A stretch of 64,000 nucleotides of DNA. Origin: Pseudogymnoascus verrucosus (Eukaryota). The notes below the pieces were generated by a model. The model made no database searches and had not been told where the DNA came from. It was given only the letters and a program-made list of their open reading frames with translations. This document shows positions 27,475 through 38,589 of this stretch, piece after piece (position 1 is the first letter of the stretch; every line of letters starts with the position of its first letter). The position numbers and the translations under genes are program-made. The DNA lies in NCBI GenBank assembly GCA_001662655.1, contig KV460226.1; one strand, given 5' to 3'.

Positions 27475-27648
27475 ATGAGGCATATTGACGGATATATATT
27501 AGTTGATATTGATTGAGAACGAGACGATTGTATAATACAAGTACTATATTCAACAAAATACACGGAAGCCTTTCACATTAGCAAAGGCCATAACCGATGG
27601 AACGAAGAAGCCAGACGGCCGATTTGTTTTCTACTTTGCTCTCCTCCC

Positions 27649-28166
27649 TCAAACCTTCTTCTGTGCCTTTTCAATCATCTCCAAATACCCAGCATCAATA
27701 ACAGTCAACCCTGCCACCCCTAGCTCCTCCACCGTCTTCGTATCAACCACCAGCGTCGCAATGAAAGTCGCCGGTTCCGTTGTGGATGCGTTCTCGCTAA
27801 GCCTGTGATGGCATCCCGGATGTTCCTTAAAGCTGTCTCCTGGTCCCAGAAGCTGCATTGGTTCCTTGTTCATCCCGTTGAGCATATGGCCAGTTAGGAT
27901 GTGGGCGCTCACGAATGCACCGGCATGAGTATGTGGTGGTGTGGATCCGTTGGGAGGCTGCGAAATTAGGTAGGACACGATGGATTTTCCAGGAGCGTTT
28001 GGGATGAGGTTGTTGTAGAGGCATTTGACGTCCGCCTGAGGGCGACTGGGGAAGGGTCAGTTAGAAGAAATGCTGGAGAGAGGCAAGAAGAGGAGAAAGA
28101 TGCGCCAACTAACCTAGGATCATACACTGGTTCTGTTGCTGGAAGTTCTGGCTTTGAAGGCGCCAT
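27649..28166 (-). CDS. Small cupin-fold protein
   Basis: Two exons. PPNGSTPPHTHAGAFV...GPGDSFKEHPGCHH..SENAS matches the two cupin motifs with HxH...H metal ligands. Confidence 0.8.
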
Positions 28167-29460
28167 TTTGGGAATAGGGAGATGGATATTGATTTTTGTG
28201 CAAGTCAGTCTCGGTTTTCGTTGTTTAAACTGAGGTCAGTCCTAAGCATGCGTATTTATTAGGATCAAATATTTACTCCATCTCAGCAAATCCACGACTA
28301 TACGCTGCTTTCAGCCATCAAAACTTGCCACCCTCGAGATGGATGAATCGAATTCACGAAACTAACAAGTCTGTGCAACCGATGACGACTTATGAAACCT
28401 GCAGTTCTGCCAAGCTTCGCCACATAAGAACCTTGTGACTAGGAAAATAGATCTGCAGCCTATAACATAAAGTCTGTGCTACTTGGGATCTTGCAAAGCG
28501 AGCCTACAAGCCATGGATATGCAAGACATCTATCCCGGCACAACGGCAAATAGTTCCAAGCAACAGCATAGATGGCGGGATGGTTATGATTACCATCTCG
28601 CCATCCATGCGTGTTGCTTGAGCAGGTGGGGTTGTCCGGCTATGCAAGCTGAAGAATATTCCCGAGGGTCCCTGCACATCCTACTTCGAACATATCGCTT
28701 GCAGTTGCATCATGTTAAGTCAACAAAACAGAGCATATTAAATCGGACAACACACTGGAGACTCGAGGAAGAAACTATGCACGGTTGGGGCGAGAATGGC
28801 GATCTCGGAGACACAGTTGGTTGCTTTTGATGTTGCACTAAAGGATTCCTGTATCACTATGCACTATGCATGTACACAAATGTGATAAAAGTTCAGCTCT
28901 CAACTTGCACTCAATTACGCCACCAAAATTCCTATTCGATGTTTCACCGCTATTGATCTGCTGGTGCAATGCTGCATCGTATGGCCTATTCGATATTCTC
29001 GCCGAGACTGTACATGTACAGAGATATTCTCAACCAGCATTCAATTACGCCACTAGATGCCTATCGCAACCAATCTGCTGGTGCAACAATATACCGTGCT
29101 GCCTGTCCGATTCTCGCATGGATTCCTCTCGCACACAGTTCCACAAGGTCATGCCAGAGTATGACGAACAGTCCGTAGACCACAACAGGTTCCATGAATA
29201 TGTAGCTCGCAAAGTTGAACTTTTATGTTGGCCAAATGTTTCAGACACAAGCTATTGCATTGGTGGTTATTTGTGGGTAGTTCATATGGGTCTGATCTCA
29301 ACGGCGATTAAGAGATAACGTAATTTTGACAAGACCTGTGATCTGACGAAGTCTTTTACTTTTTAAAGCATCGTCAAATATCTCCATTTGTATTTGTTTC
29401 TGAATTCAGCTTTCACAACCCGATAAGTCCCTGAAAACAACTCGCCACTCCTCATACCTC

Positions 29461-31371
29461 TCAACACTGCCCACCCATTCGCCAATATTCCATCTTCGAT
29501 AAGTCTATAACGTCCACTCCATCCTTTCCCCGCCAATCATCACCAAAGAACTTCTTGCGGGCATCTATCTTTGAAATCTTCCCGTTTACTGTCAAAGATA
29601 TTTCTTCACCCTCTTTGAGCCAGTAGATTACTGTCGGTTGCTTGAATAGCATCAAACCAGTCTTTTCTGTCAGGTCATGTCGAAGGGCGTCGAAGCTCGG
29701 CTGCTCCAATGATGGCTTGATTTTCACAATAGCAGAAACGCGCTCCTTGTATTCCGTGTCGGCGAGAGGTAGGGAGATGGCGTCGGCGATGTAGGGGAGA
29801 GAGAGAAGCGCGCTTTCGACTTCGCCTGTATGGACGGTGAAGCCCCAGAAATGCAGAACTATAAGGGTTAGAAGTATTTTGAATACGGGAGAGTGTTCGA
29901 ACCATCTATGTTTGCCCGGCCGTGGAGAACATAAGTATCCCCGACCTTTTCTGCACAATCTCCGCTCTTGAAGTAGCCCTCTGAATCGAAAGCCTTCTCG
30001 GTCAAGGTTGGATCATCCGAAATGTATCTGGTTCGTTAGCACTCTGGTCCTGCATGCATGTCATTATCCATACCGTGAGAACATCGAAGGAGCCTTGAGT
30101 CGCATCTCCCCGTCCACAAGCTTCACCTCAACTCCCGTCACGGGTGGTCCGATCGAGGACTATCAGTCAGTCAATATCTCAACGCAGAGTGTGAGGACGT
30201 TATCATTACCATATCAGTATAGTCGGGGTTTTCCCATCTCATGCTGCATATCAAGGTGACCTCTGTAGATCCATATAGGTTTAGCAATGGCTTTCCACGA
30301 CGGAGTTTCGTCCATCTCTCTTGCGTATGTGGCGAAAGGAGTGATCCCGAGACGCCCGCAACCTTAACATCTATCATTCCTTGAACATAAATCTCTGTCT
30401 CTGCGGGGGGTAGCACAGCGATATGGTCGTCAAAGTACTTTGCGAGCCTGTCATAACCAGTAGGTGCAACGTCAAATACGCTGACACCCCCTTGCCTAAT
30501 GCGTTCCCAAAACCATTCGGGGTTGAAGACGCCTCCACAAGTTTCTCTAAATATTATCAGCATTGAAGGTGTCAACGAGCCACAAAGTCTTACAGGCAAG
30601 CTCCAGACATCAAACTTGGAATGATGCCGAAAATCCCTCCCATCCAATTGCCTGGTTTTTGGTTGAGAAACACATCCTTTTCTGTCATCTGCCACGTTCC
30701 TATTCGCTCTCGTGCGGACGCAAGAAGAGCTTGGTAGGAATGAACCACGCCTTTCTGATTTCCAGATGTGCCTGATGTGAAGAACAATGTACCATTCTGA
30801 GTAGACAGGTTCTTGGTGCTAACGCTTGTTTCGTATTCGAGAGATGTCGAGCTGTCGAGGCAAGATGTCTGTATTTCCACGAAAGGGAGTTTGGGGTTGA
30901 CTCCGCTGTCACTGCTGGCACACAAGACTTTGATTGCCTGGGCTTTCTCGGCGAGCGCGGGGGCATATAGCAGGGCTAGAGGCTTTGCGAGCTTGAAATA
31001 GCGCAGAACATCCTCTGGCTTGACAACGATGGCTATGTTTGAGTAAGCATAGTGCATCCCACGAAAATAGGCTACTTACATTGTGCTGACATGGCGGCAC
31101 CGAGGGAGAAGATGGTGAGCATCGATACCACATATTCCAATCCCGGAGGAGCTATAAGAAAGATAAATTTGTCTTGGCCGGCGGTTTCCCATCCATTCTG
31201 AAGCAGCTCATCCTTCAATTTATCGCGGAGCGAAGAAACTCTCTGCAGCAATTGTCCGGCTGTGGCAGTTTTCCCCGTAGAATGGTCCCTAAGAGCAATC
31301 CTATCGGGGTGTTGCCGCGCATGTTGAATTAACTCCAGAAACGGAGACACTGGAGGAAATAGAAGCTGCAT
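29461..31371 (-). CDS. Standalone AMP-dependent ligase (ANL superfamily, acyl-CoA synthetase-like)
   Basis: Multi-exon. P-loop FFTSGTSGNQKG, NLYGSTE, FDSEGYFKSGD, GRAN.D and terminal TVNGKISK. No carrier or condensation domain is present. Confidence 0.9.
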
Positions 31372-32119
31372 ATTAACAAGATGATTTTCTGACACGAGGC
31401 AAAAACAAGAAGCACTCTCAGGTTGATGTCCAGTATCTCAGATATACCAAGTAGAAACCAAGTCAAGATTCTGTATGGAAGAAAATGAGCACAGCTACTT
31501 TATGTTTCGTCCCCGGGTCGAAAATGTGAACCAATGCTGCAAGTCCCTTTGTCTCAGCGGAGAACACACCTCAACTACTCACTAAGGGTGCAGAATTGCT
31601 CTTTCGACGCGGAACTAAGACGGAATAAATTCGACCGGCGGTGTAGGTCTATCATATCTTTCTATCGTTTCACTGCATCTTCGAGGACCTGGAGCCTCTG
31701 TACTTGCCCCGAATTACCCTTTCCATTCCCGTCCTCCCGAGGTCAGACAGTAGCTGAGATGCTTGGAACGGTAGGTATCGACGTCTGATGTTCCACTTTT
31801 TAGGAAATATTGCCATAGCAATAACCTAATTGGGTATATTCGTTCCGAACCTTGTTCGGGTAGTGGGGCCCTTATAAAAGCCACTAGTAGTGATCTGCAC
31901 AAGGGTGGATACGAGCAGCTGTACAATGGGACCCCGGTTCACACCCCTGTTTAGAGATCCGGGGGCTAGCGGCTTGGGCTCCGGAAGAGAGCCCCCAGAT
32001 GATATTTACACCTCTGTTATAAGGCAGATAGCAACCCAATATTCTCAATCGGGAGTACCTTTATCTACGGTTCCATTGCTTCTAAATTGATTGAAATTTG
32101 ATCACGACTTGTTGGTAAA

Positions 32120-33540
32120 ATGGCAAAAGTCCGACCTTCCCCGATTGAGTCCCTAGAGGCCTACAAGCACATTTCTCCAGACTCAGGGGAGCCAACTGCG
32201 ATCCACCCCAACTACAACCCCAAAATCAAGGCCCATGTTCCCCAGGACCTCCCTCACAAAGAGTTTACACCCCCGAAAGACCGGGGGTCCTACGCTGATC
32301 CAGAGAAGAAGGCATTGTTCGCTGTTGCGACACCCGCTGATGTGACTGAAAGCATTGGTATCTATCTCCAGAACGCAGAACCGACATAGACTGATCTTCT
32401 CCAGGCACGGAGCTCAAGAATGTTCAATTGAGCCAATTAGATACGAAGCAGTTGGATGAGCTTGCTGCACTTGTCAATGAACGCGGTGTGGTCTTCTTCC
32501 GAGACCAAGACTTGACAACTGAGAGGCAAGTTGAGATCTTTGAGCATTTTGGAGTTTTGGACACGCACCCCACTCAAAAAGTACTTGGCCGCATCTCTTG
32601 ACCCGGTAGAGAAGGAACTTTCTAACACTTGCCAGGATACGAAGCATTTCATTGTTGGAGGAAACAATGCAGATTGGCGGACGCTTTTGAAGTATACTCC
32701 ATGGCCAATGTCGGACTTCCATTCTGATACGAGCTATGAGATCAACCGTATGCCCCCTCTACCTATTGTCAACTTCCTCTCTGACGAAAGACAGCCCCAA
32801 GCTATTCTCTCCTTCGTATGGAGGAGCATCCTGCTGTTGGCGGAGACACGGCGTGGGTGTCTGGGTATGGTCTTTATGATGAGCTTAGCCCTCACATGCA
32901 AAAGCTTCTAGAAGGGTTGCATGCTGTGCACACCTCGCGTTTGCAATACGATACCTTGATTGTGAGCTCTGACCTTCTGTTCCCGTCCCTCGCTACCAGT
33001 AATATCTTGACACCACGATACACGAAGTAGCTGACTTTTCCATCCAGGACTACTTCGGCGATGAACCCCGCCGTCCACCAATGGATACACATCATCCTGC
33101 GATTCGCACGCACCCTGTCACTGGCCTAAAGTCGCTCAATGTCAATCTCGTTTACTGCACTGGCTTTGCCGAGTTGAAGAAGGCGGAGTCAGATGCTCTC
33201 CTCCAATTCCTGACCCTGCTTATTCACAGTTCGGATGACCACTATGTCAGATGGAAGTGGCAACCAGGAAGTATCGCCTTATGGGATAACGTAAGCCTTC
33301 TACGATAACTATTTGATCGATACTGACAGGCGTGTAGAGATCAAGTCTTCATCGGATCATACCAGGAAACTACCAGTCCGGTATAAGGAGAGGTATCAGA
33401 ACGACTGTCTTTGGGGAGAAACGTGAGTCCCGTAATTCCAGGTCTGGGAGAACCACCTAACATAAACAGCATTCTATGACCCGAAGAGTGAAGGCCGGAT
33501 GCAGAGAGAAGAGCGACTTATTGCTGAGAGCAAGAAATGA
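32120..33540 (+). CDS. TauD/TfdA-family Fe(II)/2-oxoglutarate dioxygenase
   Basis: Motifs RGVVFFRDQDL, DFHSDTSYE (HxD), GGDTAW, HPAIRTHPVTG, RWKWQPGSIALWDN|RSSLHR and RTTVFGEKP. Multiple introns. Confidence 0.92.
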
Positions 33541-33939
33541 TCTCGGCATGGCGTGCCTACAAATGGTACAAAGCTTCTGGTCGTAATCCATAGTTTTGAT
33601 ATCTAGCCATAGATTGAAAATCTTATATAGCTCAAACAAAGATTAACATATCTTCTATTCAATGTCAAATGGAAATTCCGTGCAACTTCATGCGTCTCAT
33701 CGGTACATGTACTCCATTATCTATCCAAGCTATTCTAACCGCGCACAAAAGCTTCGAAAACATCATCATTCCAAAAAAAAAATCCATTCTATTTAGCGCC
33801 GTACTGCCACAGTTTTCACACATAAACAAGAGTCCCCCAAACTAAACACGAGGCACATTGTACTGGCCGTAAATGTTACATCGTCCATTAATTTTCCCAA
33901 GATACAAATACGCAGTGCCCACCAGAAATAATCTTACAG

Positions 33940-36259
33940 TCAGTATGAATACTTCTCCGTCGTAGAAATCATAGGGAGAATGGTGAGTGCCTGTGTTGAC
34001 ACAGCAAAGACTAAGAAAATATCAGTCATCTGAAGCCACTGAAATCGTGCACGATATCGAATGACATACCTGGTACGACCCAGAAACTTGCAAGATAACC
34101 CTGGCGTATGAGTGACTGGACTGCCTCAGGTAGCAGTGCCACGACAGAAGAATCATCCAAGATTCTCTGAATAATTTGATCCTGGTACTGGTCAGGGCTT
34201 TTCTTTACGAAGAAGGTGAGGCATGGGACCAACCTTTGTATATCCTGGCACTTCGGTCATTATTTTCTGTAAGGTGGCGTGGAACTGGTGCTTCAGAAGC
34301 CCCGAGCTAATGCTTATGCCCAGAGCGACACCGATTTGTTGACTCATATAGTACATGCTGATGGCTGTGGCCATATATTGCTTCGAAGAACACTGGTACA
34401 AGCCGATGAACTGTGCGGAGAGGGCTATGCCACCAAAGAGACCGAATGGGAAAGTAGTCATGATTCCCTCCCAGACGCCTAAATGAGTTTCATGCATAAG
34501 TTAGCTTCTATTTGAGGTTGCTTTCAAAGCCAAATCCTTGTCACCGCGGAGACAGGAAACGAGGGTAGGTGATATCGAGCTTGAACTTTGACATACCAAT
34601 AGTATGAGGCCATCGGATAAGGATAGCCACCGAATTGGCGATACAGAAGAACAGCGAGATAATAGAAAGCTTTTTGTATGTTCCAAATCTAAGGATAGAT
34701 ATTAGTCATTGAGTCGATCTCAAAAGGGACGATAAACCAAGCCCACCTTTTGATTATTTGTCCTGCGAGCAGAGCGCCGATTGCATTTCCGATACTGAAA
34801 GGAGCTGTACGCCCCCCACCTTCCGCATCTGAAGCTCCTCGAGTATTTGCAAAGTAAGGTGCTATTTGAGAAACGAACTATGCATGGTTTGTCAGTAGAG
34901 TAAATAGAGAATGTAAACCTTCACATACCCCATAACCACTCGCAACGATAAGTAACTAGCAAACAAGTCAGTATGCGCGTTGTGACCCAGGAGAGAATTC
35001 AAATACCTGTCCAGCACAAAATGCACCAATCTCGGTTTTCAAAAGCTTTAAAGGCATCAAGAGCTCCCTGTTACCGGGAAAGGTCTCGAAGACAAGAAAC
35101 GCTAATGTGGAGATTGCGCCAATAACAATCAAACTCTGAACAAGAGGATGCGACCAAGATAGCGAGCCCTGTAAATCAATTACTGCCAAAAGCGAGGATA
35201 TCGATATGGCAATAGTAATCGCCCCCGGGAAATCGAAGGCCAGGACAGGTTCTTCTCGTTGCGGTTCCTCTTCCTGTTCTACTTTTGGACACATAACTTC
35301 GAAACTCTTTGCCATAAGCAAACAAGATGCAGCTGCGATTGGGACTTGGCCGAGAAATAACCTTCAGAAACGTTAATAGTAATTCGTAGAATAAATGCGA
35401 CCGGGTGCCTACCATCTCCATCCAATTGCTCCAGCGAGAAAACCGCCAAGCGGACCACCCCCTGAGAGTCCAATTGTTGAGGCTATGTTGACGTAACTTC
35501 GTAAAACCGCGACATCCGAAGAGTCAGCGAGCTCTATTTTAAAAAGTCAGTTGGCATAGCTATCTTAGAAAAGAGGGTTACGAACTCACCTGTAATGATA
35601 ATAGAAGCCAGAGAGACCATCCCCGATGCCCCGCAGCCGGCAACAACCCTGCCCAAAATCACTTGCCAGTAAGTTTGACCAATTCCGCTATTCTCACGTA
35701 AGTACGTTTGAAGGGCAAACAGCCATCTAGGCCATCACTTACCAGAGTGTGCTACCAATACAAAATGTACAGTACGCCACCAGTAGAGGGCGTAAGCTAC
35801 CATAACTATCACTTAATCGTCCATACTATTGTGGTCTGTTAGTGAAATTTCCTGGAGTCTGCCTTCAAGAACGGAGTCTATCAAACGCTTCAACAACTCA
35901 CCAGCGGCAGAGTTACGCAATACCCCATCGTGAAACTCGTCATCATCCATGATGAGTTCTGGAGGCTATTAAATCGCGATGCTATCGTCTCATGAGTTGC
36001 CCAAACAAGAGAGGTATCCGCGTATGCCAAGAGGATTCCTGCAAAAGTTCATCAGATCAAAATGTACCAACAAGGCGAGCAAGAACCACAGCCTACCGAT
36101 AAGTGCTCCAACCTGCCATAGTCTAAATATTTTACTGTTCTTCTCCGGTTCGGGTTTTGCTGGCTTTGGCAGTAACTGGGTTGTTTCGTCCGCAGATTCT
36201 TCACCAAACCCGCTCATGCTTGACCTTCGAGATAGCGTACAGGAACTTGAGGAAGACAT
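33940..36259 (-). CDS. MFS drug/metabolite transporter (DHA2/Vba-like)
   Basis: Many exons. Motifs YGRLSDSYG, GRVVAGCGASGM, GGPLGG..GWRW, FDFPGA and GVALGISIS. Confidence 0.88.
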
Positions 36260-36670
36260 CGGAAGCCGGTCCTTTGGGATAGTATGCCAGCGCTTGATAT
36301 GCGTGTGAAAGAAAACAGCCTGGGTTCAACTGCGGGGTATGTGGCTGCAAGATGAGGAGTACGAGGATAATGAGAATGCACATGAATACTGAAAGGCGTC
36401 AAAGACGAGATAGCGAGAGGCGGATGTATAGGCGGCGAATCCCACAACCCAATCACGAATCTAAAGGAGCAGACTATGACGGAACCCCGGAAAGAGAATC
36501 TCCCTGTGCACGACCTACAGTAAAATAACCCTATTCGCTCTGTTCACGCACGGGCTCGTACGAATTCTTCTGGCGCCAAATTTTAGCTCACCCTCTGAAT
36601 GGCTCATTTGCCTTTGGTCTCACTTTAGGTCAAAAGCCGAGGGCTGAAGTTTGCCTCTCCCCGATCTGCT

Positions 36671-36940
36671 TCATATTGCAAGACAGGAGCTGAAGCCTAC
36701 TGCACCTCATCCTATGTCTCGCCTCATATTGAAAGACAAGAGCTGAGGTCTCCTGTGCATTACTGGTTCGGGTGGGATATACAGAGATCTATACTTTCGT
36801 GCACGTCACTTCTGTTTTTGTAATAATGGGCCGGGGTCTTTCCGGGGTCTTCGCTCCATTCGTAAAAGCATTGGCGGTGGGGCAGGTCTCATATTGTAAG
36901 ACAACAGCTGAAGGCTGGCGTACTACCCTATATCTCGCTG
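36671..36940. repeat. Three imperfect copies of TCATATTGnAAGACAnnAGCTGA in the MFS / 2OG-oxygenase divergent promoter
   Basis: Copies start at about 36671, 36724 and 36889. Copies 1 and 3 are also followed by CCTAT(G/A)TCTCGC. Confidence 0.85.
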
Positions 36941-37263
36941 CATTTAGTAACCTACCAAAAGAATTAATATTAACATGGTTAAAAAATACGTAAAATTATT
37001 TAAATTGATTTAATATGGTACTAGGTGACTTAATTTAAATGTTAATATTCTAATCAGGGTGGTGCAGGGGAGCTAGTTCTGCATTTCAGCCGCTTCATGA
37101 TTCCCCACCGACCCACTACATGTTATACCTGAGAACTGAGATATGATGCAAGAAAACGGTCTACTTAGAACAGACACTTCATTATCTTTCCAAACTCGAC
37201 GTGATTCTACCAAATCTTACACATTCAGACACGACAAAGCAGAATACGCATCTCTCAATCAAT

Positions 37264-38190
37264 ATGGCAAGCCACCCTTCAGACCCTGCCAATGGAGCCG
37301 CACTCGGCGGCGCTCCTATTGCCCAGATCTCGACCATCTCGCTGGCTCGGCTCCACAAGAAAGATCCCGCTGAGATTGCTCTCCTCAACAAAGTGTGCTC
37401 AGAGGCAGGCTTTTTTTACCTTGACTTTCGTGGAGATACGGAGAGCAAAGGTGTGCTTGCACATCTCTCCGACGTCAATACGGCAGTTGAGAAGTACTTC
37501 GACCAGCCCGGCGTGGCCAAGGCAGGGGACGCCAGGCTTGACATCAAACCTTCCCAGGATCTCGGATATAAGAGGGGCCGTGGCGGTGAGTCGTTTGAGG
37601 TAAGAATGCCCGACTTCTAATGTGGTAGATCCTAGCCATGGCATCTCTGCTGACCTAATGGAAATTAGATATCACGAGACGAAATTACATCAGATAGCGC
37701 TTCTATCTCGAAAATACCGGAGCTGTTCCAGCATGATTGGGCCAAGATCAGCAGCTTCATCGCTGGTTGTGACGAGGCTTGCTTGACGTTGCTCAAAAGT
37801 CTCTCGGAAGATTTCCTGCTGCACCACCGTGCCGATCACCCCAGCGACACTGGACTGAAATTTGTCCTGCACCCATCCCTGGCTCGGTTGTCAGACGTTG
37901 GCGAAAACCTACACACGGACAGCGGAACCCTGACCCTTCTGTTTTACAAGGATTGGAGCATCCATGCTTTTCTTCCCGACGCCGACAGATGGGCTTTCAT
38001 CCCGCCACCCCCGGAAGGTTGTACCCTGGTCAATGTGGCCGACACACTGCAGGCCCTCTCGGAGGGGAAGCTGCATTCACCAAAGCACAGAGTAACACAG
38101 CCGGTTGATGGCGCAAACAATCGGTACTTCCTCAGCTACTTCTTGAGGCCTGAAAACGGGTGGATCAATAAATGCAGCTCTACTAAGTAG
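37264..38190 (+). CDS. 2OG-Fe(II) oxygenase, IPNS/DIOX_N family
   Basis: TISLARL..GFFYL at the N-terminus. HTDSGTLTLL (HxD), LVNVADTLQALSEGKLHSPKHRV (distal His) and RYFLSYFLRP. One intron near 37600-37668. Confidence 0.92.
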
Positions 38191-38589
38191 ACAGGGCATG
38201 GGGATGGATGGGTTGGCCAGCATCCAAAGGAATGCATGTCGTGACAAAAATGTGATCTCTCAAGTCTTTAGCACCTAGAATATTACTTGTTGTTGAGAAA
38301 TTGGATAGAAGCATTATTACACTATACTAAAATTATACTTTCCTCTCCGTATCGAGTTTAAGACAGTTTTGTCTTGTGATAAGGCCAAAATAGCGATAAG
38401 GATGATAATATATTATGTGGTGTTGTTGTAAGCCATAGGAAGCCACATATCGGAAGCTCCGCTGATCATCGATACCCCTGTGACACTGAATACCGCGGAT
38501 CAGCTTTTGAGTATTGGGAATTGCATTTCCTAGAGAGCTGTCCAATTTCATTCATCGTACTTTGGGCACTCAATCAACCCCAACTCATC

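Noticed and set aside
28866..29318. Fungal RiPP (dikaritin) precursor
   Set aside because: There is no signal peptide, no KR-delimited repeated cores, and no DUF3328/UstYa gene in the window.
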